Below the pieces are notes generated by a model, which did no database searches, was not told the DNA's origin, and was given only the letters and a program-made list of their open reading frames with translations. Below, piece by piece: positions 9,345 through 19,889 of a stretch of DNA of 41,350 nt (the stretch's first letter is position 1; each line of letters opens with the position of its first letter). The DNA lies in the IMG/VR virus record IMGVR_UViG_3300037722_000155, positions 1-41,350 of that record, one strand, 5' to 3'. The translations under genes and the position numbers were made by a program. The DNA comes from a virus. Lineage: Duplodnaviria; Caudoviricetes.

Positions 9345-10313
9345 ATGGCATTTCCAAACGTAAGCGATTTGATCGCAACTACGATTGAGAGCCGTACGAA
9401 AGTCATCGCCGATAATGTCTCGGACAACAACGCAATCCTTGCGAAGTTGAAGGTGGGCAACCGGATCAAGACCTTCTCTGGAGGTACGAAGATCTATCAG
9501 GAGCTCTCTTTCGCTGAAAATGGGAACGCGGGTTGGTACTCGGGATATGATCTACTCCCCGTCGCTGCACAGGACGTCCTGTCGGCCGCAGAGTTTGGCA
9601 TCAAACAGCTTGCTGTTCCAGTTGTCATCTCAGGCCTCGAGATGTTGCAGAATAGCGGCAAGGAGCAGATGATTGACCTTATGGAAGGTCGTCTCGGCGT
9701 TGCGGAGTCCACAATGGCGAACTACGTCGCTGAAGGACTCTATTCGGACGGCACTGGATCGAGCGGTAAAGAGATCACAGGTCTCAATGCTGCACTTCCT
9801 GCGACTGTTCCTGCATCACAAACGGATACCTACGGGGGTATCGCTCGAGGAACTTGGGCGTTCTGGCGTTCCAAGTACACAGCCACGACTGTAACATCTA
9901 CCACTGTCCTCGCGGCGTGGAATACGATGTGGGCATCGTTGGTACGAAATTCAGATCGTCCTGATCTGATCATCGTCGATAACGTGATGTGGGGTGACTA
10001 CGTCGCCGCTCTTCAAGCGCAACAGCGGTTCACCGACCCGAAGGTTGGTAACTTCGGCTTCCCGACTATCAAGTACATGGACGCAGATGTTGTCCTGGAC
10101 GGAGGTATCGGTGGCAATATGTTCACGGACAGCGCGCTGTTCCTGAATACGAAGTATCTCCATTACCGGCCACATGCGAATCGCAACATGGTCCCACTTT
10201 CGCCAAACCGCAGACATGCGGTAAATCAGGACGCTGAGGTCCAGATTATGGCGTGGGCGGGTAATCTAACGTGCTCTGGCGCTCAGTTCCAGGGTCGCTT
10301 CAATGGAGCCTAA
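9345..10313 (+). CDS. Major capsid protein
   Basis: 322 aa; TTIESR..IADNV..NNA, GWYSGYD and GNLTCS motifs; optimised codons; GGAG RBS. Confidence 0.9.
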   Translation: MAFPNVSDLIATTIESRTKVIADNVSDNNAILAKLKVGNRIKTFSGGTKIYQELSFAENGNAGWYSGYDLLPVAAQDVLSAAEFGIKQLAVPVVISGLEMLQNSGKEQMIDLMEGRLGVAESTMANYVAEGLYSDGTGSSGKEITGLNAALPATVPASQTDTYGGIARGTWAFWRSKYTATTVTSTTVLAAWNTMWASLVRNSDRPDLIIVDNVMWGDYVAALQAQQRFTDPKVGNFGFPTIKYMDADVVLDGGIGGNMFTDSALFLNTKYLHYRPHANRNMVPLSPNRRHAVNQDAEVQIMAWAGNLTCSGAQFQGRFNGA

Positions 10314-10316
10314 ATC

Positions 10317-10814
10317 ATGACTATAGGAATCATTGGGGCTAGTGCAGACTCTGTCAAATCCACTTCTGAGCATAGGCTTGGTACACGGTTTACTGACACC
10401 AACGGAGTTGAGTATCTCTATTGCCAAGCTGATGGAGACCTGACCCCTGCGGGAGAAGCTGTGGCGCTTGCTATTGATGAGGACTATCAAGTTACCGAGC
10501 TTACGACAGCTCTGGCGCTTGTGGGTCATCGGATCGGCTGGGCTCCACAGGTCACTGTGACGGATGACGACTATTTCTGGGCTCGTATCTCGGGAACTTT
10601 TCCCATTCGTGTAGTAGCTCAGTGCGCTGCCGATATCCAATTGTACACGACGGCGACCGCTGGTGTTCTGGACGATGCGTCCGGCACTGGTTCGCTGGCG
10701 CGTATTGATGGTGTCGTCATCACTGCTGCTGCGGGTTCGTCTTCGGCCTCCGGTGCTGGTCTGGAGATAGACGCGCTCGTAACGAGTGGCGGAGCTTTCG
10801 TGGTTGCTGTCTAG
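10317..10814 (+). CDS. Capsid cement/decoration protein
   Basis: LGTRFTDTNGVEYLYCQA; Ala/Gly/Thr-rich; follows the MCP. Confidence 0.7.
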   Translation: MTIGIIGASADSVKSTSEHRLGTRFTDTNGVEYLYCQADGDLTPAGEAVALAIDEDYQVTELTTALALVGHRIGWAPQVTVTDDDYFWARISGTFPIRVVAQCAADIQLYTTATAGVLDDASGTGSLARIDGVVITAAAGSSSASGAGLEIDALVTSGGAFVVAV

Positions 10815-12217
10815 TGTCTGCTGCCCCGCAAGTGGGTGAAGTGGTCGGGGGCGCTGGTCGCCCCCGACCTTTTGGCAACCCTCTAAATTTCAAGATCTCT
10901 ACGAATGTTGAGTCTGAAAAGCTCTCAGAAAACGTAAAGATCAATACAGAGAAGGGGCTCCCCCTACTCTGGCCCTCTGAGTCTTTAAGGAATGTTCCCC
11001 TCATCATTGTTGGCGGGGGACCTTCACTTAAGGACTACGTGGAAGATATCCGTGAACTACAAAATCACGGAGCTTATGTCATGGGCTTGAACAAAGCCTA
11101 TCATTTTCTTGTTGAGAATGACGTCATTCCCGAGTATTTTCTCATGTCTGATGGGCGTGTGGAGAATATGCCTCTTAGTGAGGGAATCGACCCGGGGACG
11201 ATGTGTCTACTTGCAAGTCAAGTCCACCCAGATGTTGTTGAGGCCTTTGCTTCTCAGTACAGCACTTTTCTTTATCACCTGTATACAGACTCCACGAAGA
11301 TCGTTACTCAGAAAGACCCCGCTCCGAAGCCCTATATTCTCGCCCCTGTGGGGGTATCCGGATATTATGGGATCTACTGTGGTGCGACTATGGGGTACAG
11401 AAATCTTATCTGTTACGGTTTCGACTTCTCCTATGAGAATGGGGATCACCACGCTTTTGAACAGCCCCTGAATGATGATATGCAGATCATTGATGTCAAT
11501 TTCGGGGGGGAGACCTTCTATACGAATGGCATCATGGCCTACGCTGCTGAGAGATTCGCAGCTATGTCTACAGACCTCTATCGTCGGACAGGTACTCAGA
11601 TATCTGTATGTGGTCGAGGACTCCTTCCTGCCCTCCTGCTGGCCGGGAATGCTCGTGGTCAGATTGACGTAGAGGAGCGGGAACGGAAGAAATACCGGGA
11701 TATCTGGGCTACTGAGCAGTACGGAGAAGATTCCTCCCCCGGCATGGATCATGTCCAACTTGCAATGTTGAAGATGGATTGGTCTAAAGGGGATACAGTT
11801 ATTGATTTCGGGTGTGGTAAGGGCGAAGCTGTTTCCCTCCTGAGCTCCCTAGGATTCCAGGCTCGGGGTGTAGACATCGCCTCTAATGCAGTTGCTCATG
11901 ACATTCAGTTTACTGAAGTGTGTCTTTGGAATCTTCCTAAGGATATCCGGGCAGACTGGGGGTATTGCTGTGACGTGATGGAGCACATTCCCACTGAGAA
12001 GGTTCAGGAAACTTTGAAGTGCATTGCTGATGCAGTTGATAAAGGAATTTACTTCAACATTGCTACAGAGGATGATTGCTCGGGGGCGATGATTGGTTTT
12101 CGCCTACATCTTACGGTTATGAAAGCATCAGCCTGGACTGCTCTGTTGAAACAACATTTTTCACATGTTGAGGTTCTCGAAAGCGAATTCTCATCTATCT
12201 TCGTCTGCAAGAAATAG
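10814..12217 (+). CDS. Maf/DUF115 (MptE-like) domain fused to class I SAM methyltransferase
   Basis: IIVGGGPSL...GLNKAY...MSDGR...YGFDFSY in the N half; VIDFGCGKG and CCDVMEHIP in the C half. Confidence 0.8.
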   Translation: MSAAPQVGEVVGGAGRPRPFGNPLNFKISTNVESEKLSENVKINTEKGLPLLWPSESLRNVPLIIVGGGPSLKDYVEDIRELQNHGAYVMGLNKAYHFLVENDVIPEYFLMSDGRVENMPLSEGIDPGTMCLLASQVHPDVVEAFASQYSTFLYHLYTDSTKIVTQKDPAPKPYILAPVGVSGYYGIYCGATMGYRNLICYGFDFSYENGDHHAFEQPLNDDMQIIDVNFGGETFYTNGIMAYAAERFAAMSTDLYRRTGTQISVCGRGLLPALLLAGNARGQIDVEERERKKYRDIWATEQYGEDSSPGMDHVQLAMLKMDWSKGDTVIDFGCGKGEAVSLLSSLGFQARGVDIASNAVAHDIQFTEVCLWNLPKDIRADWGYCCDVMEHIPTEKVQETLKCIADAVDKGIYFNIATEDDCSGAMIGFRLHLTVMKASAWTALLKQHFSHVEVLESEFSSIFVCKK

Positions 12218-12226
12218 GAGAAAACA

Positions 12227-12829
12227 ATGGAAGCAGATATGGATCTCACGAATATGGCTATGGACATTGACCGTGGCCGACATTCTCGGTACGCGGGGGA
12301 TGATCATCTTCTGCTTCAGTTCTTCATGCAGCCCATCCCTAATGATGAGAAGTCTGCTAAGGAAGGACGACCAATTTTCGATGATGTGGAGATGATCCGC
12401 ATTATGGTTCCGGGGGATAAGGACAGCATGATCTGTCGCCCCATACATCCTGATGACAAACAACGATTTTCTCGCCAATACCAGTCTTGGAAGGCCAATA
12501 ATGACGGCGACGTTATTGAGGGCACCCCGCTCAGTGAGTGGCCGGTCATAACCCGAGCCCAAGTTGAGGAACTCAAGTTTTTCAATGTTCGTACAGTAGA
12601 GCAACTGGCGAACATCTCAGATGCGCATTCCCAGAAGTTTATGGGGATTCAAATGCTCAAGCAACGAGCTAAAGATTTCCTTGAGGCTGCGGGGGGTGCG
12701 GCCATTGGTACTGAGCTCCGTAGAGAGCTTGAAGCTAAAGATGCTGAGCTTGAAGTTCTTAAACAAGCTGTCGAGTCTCTCACAGCCAAAGTTGAGGCTC
12801 TAAGTGTTGAGTCTGAGGACGAAGATTGA
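12227..12829 (+). CDS. Conserved phage protein (head module)
   Basis: EGRPIFDD...PGD and GTPLSEWP...TVEQLA motifs; AGGAG RBS. Confidence 0.75.
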   Translation: MEADMDLTNMAMDIDRGRHSRYAGDDHLLLQFFMQPIPNDEKSAKEGRPIFDDVEMIRIMVPGDKDSMICRPIHPDDKQRFSRQYQSWKANNDGDVIEGTPLSEWPVITRAQVEELKFFNVRTVEQLANISDAHSQKFMGIQMLKQRAKDFLEAAGGAAIGTELRRELEAKDAELEVLKQAVESLTAKVEALSVESEDED

Positions 12830-13776
12830 GCGTAACTCGCTACATCACTGTTGAAGAGGTAGTAAATCGTGCTCTTAGCGAGTGCGGACTTCCCGAGTCA
12901 ACAGATGTCTTAGCCGACACCAATCTTGCCGTCGTGCAGATGCGTCGTCTTCTGACTACTTGTGGACAAAATCTGGTAGAAGCCCATGAATGGGAAATTC
13001 TTCGAAGAGAATATTCCAGGACCACGGTGGACGGAGATTACCTCCTTGAGATCTCAGCTCTTAGTGGTTCTCTGACCGTCGGTGAGACCGTCACTGGTGG
13101 ATCCTCAGGAGCGACGGGAACTGTAGTGTCCGTCAATACCGCTGAAAGTGAACTCTTCCTTGATACCGTATCCGGTGTCTTTACTGTTGGGGAAACCATT
13201 ACTGGAGGTACGTCCTCGGAGACTGCGACAGTAGACTTTGTCGTAGTTTCTAATGGAAACTTTCAACTACCAGATGACTTCGGGTATATGATTGATCAGA
13301 CCCATTGGGATCGTTCCAATGATGTGCCGATTGGGGGGCCTCTGTCTGCTCAGCAATGGCAATATCTGAAGGGCGGCAATCTGACCAGCCAGACTATCTA
13401 CGCCATGTTCCGTATCATGGAGAACAGATTTCAAGTATACCCGCAGCCTCCCCCGATTGGCTTGGAGCTATACTTTGAGTATATCAGTAGGAATTGGATG
13501 CAGGACGCTACTGTCTCCACTACCTATCATGATTCAGTTGAGGCCAATGCCGACATCGTGCTATTCAAGCCGACAATGATAGTCGCATACCTCCGTTTTA
13601 AGTTCCTTGATGCTAAGGGATTCGCGACACAGAATGCTGAAAACGCATTTGCGAAGGCTTACGCAGAGGCTACTGGCGGAAATAAGGGTGCTCCTATCCT
13701 CAATGTCGGTATGCGTCGTGGCGGAATCCACTTCTTAGATTCGAGGAATATACCGGTCACCGGCTACGGAGGATAG
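12826..13776 (+). CDS. Head-tail adaptor with an inserted repeat domain
   Basis: Position; W..L and LPDDF motifs; internal TVGETxTGGxS repeats. Confidence 0.7.
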   Translation: MSVTRYITVEEVVNRALSECGLPESTDVLADTNLAVVQMRRLLTTCGQNLVEAHEWEILRREYSRTTVDGDYLLEISALSGSLTVGETVTGGSSGATGTVVSVNTAESELFLDTVSGVFTVGETITGGTSSETATVDFVVVSNGNFQLPDDFGYMIDQTHWDRSNDVPIGGPLSAQQWQYLKGGNLTSQTIYAMFRIMENRFQVYPQPPPIGLELYFEYISRNWMQDATVSTTYHDSVEANADIVLFKPTMIVAYLRFKFLDAKGFATQNAENAFAKAYAEATGGNKGAPILNVGMRRGGIHFLDSRNIPVTGYGG

Positions 13777-13778
13777 GC

Positions 13779-15371
13779 GTGTCCGCTAGACCTCCGTTCC
13801 GAGCGCCTCAGATAGCGCAGACCATTCAGTCTGGGACCATACCGGCCCCAATCAACGGTATAAATTCTCTCCTCTCTCTGGCTCTCATGCAGCCTGGGGA
13901 TGCGATCTATACGGTCAACATTGACGCAACGACTCGAGGCTGTAAGGTCCGTCCTGGGTACTCAGAGTACGCGAATGGATTTTCCGGGGATGCTGTAAAG
14001 ACCATCGTGCCCTTTTCTGGATCAGAAGATGATAAAAGCGAGGACCGGCTGTTCGGGGTTACGAATAATGGGATTTACAACATCTCTTCAAGTACGACCA
14101 CCCCCACTAAGATGTGGGATTTTTCCACTAAGTCCTCAGAAGCGGGGTGGGCGTCATTTTCTCAGTTCGTTAATGATGGGGGAGATCATATTCTTCTCCT
14201 AACGGATGAAGATAATGGGCTCTATGCATATACTGAGTCTACCAATGTCTGGAATGTGCCCTCCATTTCTGGACCCACAAATGTCTTATCCTTCGTCGTT
14301 GTTTGGAAGGAACGGGTCTGGTATGTTGAGAAAGATAGTACGAATGCGTGGTACTCAGATCTTGGGACTTTTGCTGGCACTTTGACCAAATTCAACTTCG
14401 GTAGTAAATTCAGGGTTGGCGGCTACCTCGTGGCTCTGTATAGTTGGACTCTAGATTCTGGAGATGGACCTGACGACTATCTTGTAGCAGTTTCAAGTGC
14501 TGGGGACGTTGTTGTTTACGCGGGAACTGACCCTTCTTCCTCTAACACTTTCGGCGTGATTGGAAGGTGGTATATCGGTGACATGCCTGCGGGGAGGAGG
14601 ATCGGATCGCAGTACGGCGGCGACCTCCTCCTTCTTTCTACATATGGCCTCGTGCAGATGTCTGATCTCTTATCGGGCAAGAATCCCTTCACAACTGAAG
14701 GTAGCTTGAGTTGGAAGATACAGGCAGATCTCCGGGCAGAGATGGCACTCACCCGTAATTCTCGGGGCTGGGAAGTACAGATTCACCCCAGCTTAGCTCG
14801 TATTATAGTCTCATCTCCTAAGATGGTTGGTCAAGAATATAGACAGTTTGTGTATGAAATCAATCTTCAGGCTTGGAGTATTTGGGAGAAAATGCCCATA
14901 CTCACTTCGGTAGAGTATCAGGGCAGTTCTTTTTTCGGATCTTCAAGTGTCAAGGCTTGGGAAATTACTGGGAACCTAGATAATGTGACCTTAGCGTCTT
15001 CCTCCCCCTCTCTCATTACGTGGCGATTGCTCACCGCCTATAATGATCTAGGGATGCCTGAGCACTACAAGAAAGTGGAGTTCATTCGCCCAGTCATTAT
15101 ATCAGAACTGACTCCCGAATTAAGTGTTCGGGCATTCTTTGACTATGACTTGAGTGCAGTATCCGCAGCTTCCGTTTCCCCAGGGGTCGGTATCTGGGGC
15201 ACCGGACTATGGGGAACAGCGACTTGGGCTGGAGGCTCCCCTCGTACTCGCCCCCCTACGGGAGCCGGGGGAATCGGTAAGGTCGTAGCAGTCGGTATTG
15301 CAGGAGCTTCGCAAGCGAACACTACTCTCGTCGGTATAGGAGTTCACTTCAATGTTGGAGGTCAGCTATGA
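13779..15371 (+). CDS. Tail nozzle/packaged-DNA stabilisation protein (P22 gp10-like)
   Basis: 530 aa, beta-propeller-like, PAPINGIN start; position after the adaptor. Confidence 0.75.
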   Translation: MSARPPFRAPQIAQTIQSGTIPAPINGINSLLSLALMQPGDAIYTVNIDATTRGCKVRPGYSEYANGFSGDAVKTIVPFSGSEDDKSEDRLFGVTNNGIYNISSSTTTPTKMWDFSTKSSEAGWASFSQFVNDGGDHILLLTDEDNGLYAYTESTNVWNVPSISGPTNVLSFVVVWKERVWYVEKDSTNAWYSDLGTFAGTLTKFNFGSKFRVGGYLVALYSWTLDSGDGPDDYLVAVSSAGDVVVYAGTDPSSSNTFGVIGRWYIGDMPAGRRIGSQYGGDLLLLSTYGLVQMSDLLSGKNPFTTEGSLSWKIQADLRAEMALTRNSRGWEVQIHPSLARIIVSSPKMVGQEYRQFVYEINLQAWSIWEKMPILTSVEYQGSSFFGSSSVKAWEITGNLDNVTLASSSPSLITWRLLTAYNDLGMPEHYKKVEFIRPVIISELTPELSVRAFFDYDLSAVSAASVSPGVGIWGTGLWGTATWAGGSPRTRPPTGAGGIGKVVAVGIAGASQANTTLVGIGVHFNVGGQL

Positions 15372-15805
15372 AGGTCAACATAGTGGCTATGAGTACAGAC
15401 GATCAATGGAAATGGCTGTACGAGAGAGCTACCCCTACGATCACTCCTCGTAGCAAGGGTATTGTAGCTCAACGAGAGGATGGTACAATACTCGCCGCAG
15501 TGGTCTTTGATAGTTGGACGAGAACGAGTGGACAGGGTCACATCGCTATTGACAATCCTCTGGCTATTCGTCATGGGTTCTTACATGAGTTTATGGATTA
15601 TTTCTTCAATTTTTGTGATCGTAGGATTATGATCGGGCTGACTCCGTCTAATAATACGAAGTCCCTCAAGTTCAATAAGAAACTTGGATTTGTCGAGGTA
15701 TTTCGTATTGAGGACGGGTTTGACGAAGGCGTAGACTACGTGATTCAGGAACTCCGAAGGGAAAACTGTAGGTGGATAAATGAAAGATGCTCCCGCGCCG
15801 CCTGA
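15368..15805 (+). CDS. GNAT-fold acetyltransferase-like protein
   Basis: NTKSLKFNKKLGFVE motif; typical position before ejection proteins. Confidence 0.75.
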   Translation: MKVNIVAMSTDDQWKWLYERATPTITPRSKGIVAQREDGTILAAVVFDSWTRTSGQGHIAIDNPLAIRHGFLHEFMDYFFNFCDRRIMIGLTPSNNTKSLKFNKKLGFVEVFRIEDGFDEGVDYVIQELRRENCRWINERCSRAA

Positions 15806-16814
15806 CTATGTAGGCGCAGCCGAAGCGACGGCTGCCTCTGATCGTGAGATGCTGGAAATGCAGACTCGGGCTAACCGTCCGAATCAGTTCACCCCCTTTG
15901 GGTCCAGTGTTTGGAACCAGAATGCAGAAGGGGACTGGGCTCAGTACATAAATCTGGATCCGGAAGCTCAGCAATCTCTGGATAATCAGCAGGCGGTCAA
16001 CAATACTCGCTCTGGCACAGCCCTCGGTATGCTGGGTCGTATGGAGGGTGAGTACGGATCCCCCATGGACTGGAATAAGTTTCAGGAGTATGCGGGGCCA
16101 ATTGGGGGTTCCCAACACCGACAGGCTGCTGAAGACGCTGCTTACGGATCCGCCACTTCCCGACTCGATCCCCGCTTCGGTCAGATGCGTGAGTCTACTG
16201 AGGCGCAGTTGAGAAATCAGGGTCTGAAGCCAGGAGATGAGGCTTATGACACCGCAATGGGGAACCTCGGAAGGACGGAGAATGACGCGTACAATCAAGC
16301 TATGTTCTCTTCCATCCGTGAAGGTGGGGCAGAGGGTCAGAGAGACCAGTCCATGGACCTCACTGGTGCAAATTACCAGAATACTCTCCGTCAATCCCAG
16401 GTTGCTGAAGAAATGCAGCGTAGAGGGTTCAGTCTCAACGAGATAAATGCTCTCCTCTCTGGTCAGCAGGTCGGTATGCCGTCTATGCCTGGATTCACTG
16501 CGGCAGGTCGTTCACAAGGCGTAGATTACACCGGAGCCGCAAGTGCCGGACATCAGGCAAATATGGATGTCTTCAGTGCTGAGCAGGCACAGATGCAGAT
16601 GCTCATGGAGGGCGCTGGTAGTGCAGCAATGATGTTCTCAGATGTAAGGCTGAAGAGAAACATCCAGTTTGCTAGCATCTACAAAGGTCGATTCTGGTAT
16701 GTCTGGGATTGGGTCTGGGGCGGACGTGGACAGGGAGTTATCGCCCAGGAAAATTTAGATATAGCGATTCCTCATGAGAGCGGATACCTCATGGTTGATT
16801 ACGGGAGAATTTGA
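15780..16814 (+). CDS. DNA ejection/internal virion protein with C-terminal S74-like chaperone domain
   Basis: NQFTPFGS; Gln/Ala-rich; SDVRLKRNI...GVIAQE...VDY. Confidence 0.75.
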   Translation: MKDAPAPPDYVGAAEATAASDREMLEMQTRANRPNQFTPFGSSVWNQNAEGDWAQYINLDPEAQQSLDNQQAVNNTRSGTALGMLGRMEGEYGSPMDWNKFQEYAGPIGGSQHRQAAEDAAYGSATSRLDPRFGQMRESTEAQLRNQGLKPGDEAYDTAMGNLGRTENDAYNQAMFSSIREGGAEGQRDQSMDLTGANYQNTLRQSQVAEEMQRRGFSLNEINALLSGQQVGMPSMPGFTAAGRSQGVDYTGAASAGHQANMDVFSAEQAQMQMLMEGAGSAAMMFSDVRLKRNIQFASIYKGRFWYVWDWVWGGRGQGVIAQENLDIAIPHESGYLMVDYGRI

Positions 16815-17407
16815 TGTTGACACCAGAACAGGAAATGAGGCTCGCTGCTATGCGTGGTCGGGGAAATCCTAACCAGAGAATTCCTATGCAGCAAAGAGCT
16901 TCCATGGGTGGGATGCCCATGCCTGAATCTCCCATGCCTTCAGCGACTCCTGTGGCTCAGTCCGCCCCTGTCGCACCTGCTGGACCCGTCAACCCACAAC
17001 AGGTCCGCGTAGCGGGAGCTTCCCCTATGGGGTCTCCGAAACCGCAGGCTCCGGGAGTCGCTGGACTTCCTATGACTCCGCAAGGACCTCCCATGCCTCC
17101 GCAAGGACCACCGTCCCCATCTCGTCCTGCTCCAGGTGTGTTTGATTCTCTGGATGATGAAACTGCTCAGTCTCTCATGGGTCTAGGAGATAAAGAGCGA
17201 CAGATGAAGTATGCAGAAATGCTGAGAGATCAGGATGCTCCTTTAGGAATGCACGTTAATCAGGGCCGAACTTATGTTGCAGGAAATCCTCTGGCCCACG
17301 CTGCCTCGGCTTACGGCAAGTTCAAGGGTAAGAGAGACGCTGATCGCATAGGTGGTGAGCAAACTGAGGGTCGAATGAAGATATTGGATCTCTTAAGGGG
17401 GAGATAA
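16811..17407 (+). CDS. Pro-rich internal virion protein (putative)
   Basis: Coupled ORF in the ejection cluster. Confidence 0.65.
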   Translation: MMLTPEQEMRLAAMRGRGNPNQRIPMQQRASMGGMPMPESPMPSATPVAQSAPVAPAGPVNPQQVRVAGASPMGSPKPQAPGVAGLPMTPQGPPMPPQGPPSPSRPAPGVFDSLDDETAQSLMGLGDKERQMKYAEMLRDQDAPLGMHVNQGRTYVAGNPLAHAASAYGKFKGKRDADRIGGEQTEGRMKILDLLRGR

Positions 17408-18240
17408 TGCCGTCTCCATACGAAGTAGTCAGCAGTCAAGGACTCAGTAACTCTGAAATTCAGAAGATGTTTGCGGATAATCTTCGAAGAAATCGTGAAG
17501 TATCTCAGATCTCTTCTCTTACAGGTGACTCTAAGCTGGGAGAATTTGGGAATCGGTTGATGCAAGATGTTCAGAACCAAGAGGGGGATGCGATTGGTGG
17601 TCGTAATGCGGAGCTAAATCGTCAATCTACTCAGGGCTATTACGATCAACAAGCCTCGCAGAATTCTCTGGCTAATACGATGCGTATGCTGGAAATGCAG
17701 GAACGAGAGCGTCACAATCGAGCTATGGAGGGTAAGGACGCAAGTTCTGCTGCAAATCGCTTGGATGCGGATACTCGTAGATTGTCACAAGAGCTTACTA
17801 AGAACAATGTTCCTGAGATTCAGTCCGCAGTTAGTGAGATTGACAATCAGTTGAAGAAGTACGAAGACGGTAATCTTCCGGGTGTCGGTGGTCTGGCAAA
17901 TCTTCTCCCCTCCCTCGGAGCGAGTGGTCGGGAAATGCAGGACAGCATCGCCAAGATTAGGAACATTATCCTCAAGGCTCGATCTGGTGGTGCAGTTACT
18001 CCGTCCGAGGCTGACAGGCTCTTACAGGAGTTCTCCATGCGCGGCTTCAACACCGACGAAGATTTCATCAGGGCATGGGGAGACTTCAAACAAGCCTTTG
18101 ATATGGGAGTTGCGAATATATACGCAGGATACCCGGATGAAGTTATCCAGCAGCATTCGGAGAATCTGCAAAGGCAGACTGCCTCTAAAATTGAACAGAA
18201 TCCCCCCTCCCAGGGAGCGATCAACTGGAGTGATCTGTAA
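17407..18240 (+). CDS. Internal virion/ejection protein (putative)
   Basis: RSGGAVTPSEADRL motif; helical. Confidence 0.7.
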   Translation: MPSPYEVVSSQGLSNSEIQKMFADNLRRNREVSQISSLTGDSKLGEFGNRLMQDVQNQEGDAIGGRNAELNRQSTQGYYDQQASQNSLANTMRMLEMQERERHNRAMEGKDASSAANRLDADTRRLSQELTKNNVPEIQSAVSEIDNQLKKYEDGNLPGVGGLANLLPSLGASGREMQDSIAKIRNIILKARSGGAVTPSEADRLLQEFSMRGFNTDEDFIRAWGDFKQAFDMGVANIYAGYPDEVIQQHSENLQRQTASKIEQNPPSQGAINWSDL

Positions 18241-19889
18241 TGCCTGACGTCACACTCCCCAACGGAGTAGTCATTCGGGGTGTACCCGAAGGGACGAACA
18301 AGTATACAATCATGGAGAAGGCTATCTCCGGAGGCCTTGCTACGCCAGAAGATTTCGGACAGGAGAGTGGAGATGCTCTGGAGGGGTCGACTAAGCTGGG
18401 TCGACTTCGACTTGGTGTTGGTCGTGGTCTCTCCGCCACCGCTCGTAAAGCTGCTGATCTCGTTGGCCTGCACGATTACGAAGAAGGGGAGGGTGATAAA
18501 GAGCTTCTAAATACCGGCATGGGAATGACTGGAAATGTGGTCGGAGAGATCGCAGCCACTCTGCCTGTAGGTGCCGCAGCCGGTGGTGTTCTAAGGGGTG
18601 CCCGAGCCGCTACAGCCGCGTCGAGGGCACCGTCGGTACTAAACCGGGCCTTGGGTAGCGGTGTAACACGTGCGGCTGTCGAGGGCGGTACTACGGGGGC
18701 TCTTATTAGCAACCCAGAAGATCGAGGAGCAGGGGCCGCGCTCGGTGGAGTTCTTGGCGGGGGCTTGGGATTCGCGGGTAAACTCATTGGTGCGACAGTA
18801 CGAAAGGTCACTCCTGAGATCACGGACCAAGCCAAGAAACTCCAGTCTATGACTGGAACGTTCATCCCTCTCAGCCAAGCGTTGAAGCCTGGAATTGCTA
18901 AGCAGTTCTACGAAGCCTTCCTCGCTAACTTGCCAGGAGTGGGGGGAAAAATTAGGGGTCAGTACAAACACGCCCTAGATGATCTCCGTCGCTATGCAGG
19001 GGAGCAGGCGCATCCTCCCCGAGCGAATGTGTCTATCCGGGATACGGACAACATACGAGATGTCTTTGGTAAGTTAGAAGACTACTGGAAGACAGCCTAT
19101 GACGACATCAAGGGAGTCCCTATCAAACTCTTTGGTGGCGGGGGCAGGAATTTCAATGTTCCTAAAGCCGTTCGTGAGGCTATGGACCAAGCATCCGATG
19201 GGACCTTCGTCGTGCCCCAGGCTGGACAGACCGTCACAGGAGAGACGATACTGAACTTGAAGCGGGCAGCCCAAGAGCTTTTGGATGAGATTCCTAAGGG
19301 AACTTCTCTACGTCGGGGTCAGAGGAAAGAGTTAGAAGGCTTTATCAACCATCTTGAGGATACTCTTAAGACTAACCTAAACCCCTCAGGGAAGGGTAAG
19401 GGTCAGATGGCGCAGATCTACAACGACTATGTTGAAAAGACTCCCTACTACAAGACATATCAGGACATACTTGCTGCTGGAAGTAAAGCTGTTGCGAACT
19501 CCGAGTTCTCCCCGGCTCAACTCGCTTCCGCAGCCGGTCGCAGGGCAGGAAAGTCAGGACTGGCCGGGGGAGCGGATGACAGTGTGCAAGAGCTTGGGCG
19601 TCTGGGTTCAGAGGTATTACCCGACTTCCCCTCCCGACAGGGTCTGTTCCAAACAGTCGCTGCCCTCGGTATCGGTGGTGGAGCCATGTCTGGTCTTGGC
19701 GCTCCAGTAGCGGCGGGGACTGCTGGACTCATAGCTGGTGGGCGAGGTATGGCCTCCCCCACATTTCAGAAGTTACTTTCCGGACAGAAGGACGTACTGA
19801 AGCGATACGCAGAACAACTTAGGAAGGCAGGCTATTCCGGTCGTCAGCTTTCCGTAATTCTTGGAGAAGAAGCTAATGCCTCGCGATAG
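18240..19889 (+). CDS. Large DNA ejection protein (putative)
   Basis: MPDVTLPNGVVIRGVPEGT start; Gly/Ala-rich hydrophobic segments. Confidence 0.7.
   Translation: MPDVTLPNGVVIRGVPEGTNKYTIMEKAISGGLATPEDFGQESGDALEGSTKLGRLRLGVGRGLSATARKAADLVGLHDYEEGEGDKELLNTGMGMTGNVVGEIAATLPVGAAAGGVLRGARAATAASRAPSVLNRALGSGVTRAAVEGGTTGALISNPEDRGAGAALGGVLGGGLGFAGKLIGATVRKVTPEITDQAKKLQSMTGTFIPLSQALKPGIAKQFYEAFLANLPGVGGKIRGQYKHALDDLRRYAGEQAHPPRANVSIRDTDNIRDVFGKLEDYWKTAYDDIKGVPIKLFGGGGRNFNVPKAVREAMDQASDGTFVVPQAGQTVTGETILNLKRAAQELLDEIPKGTSLRRGQRKELEGFINHLEDTLKTNLNPSGKGKGQMAQIYNDYVEKTPYYKTYQDILAAGSKAVANSEFSPAQLASAAGRRAGKSGLAGGADDSVQELGRLGSEVLPDFPSRQGLFQTVAALGIGGGAMSGLGAPVAAGTAGLIAGGRGMASPTFQKLLSGQKDVLKRYAEQLRKAGYSGRQLSVILGEEANASR

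Noticed and set aside
15672-16394. Long antisense ORFs (also 11207-11758, 17847-18473, 38134-38829)
   Set aside because: Shadows of well-supported genes, with no RBS or recognisable motifs
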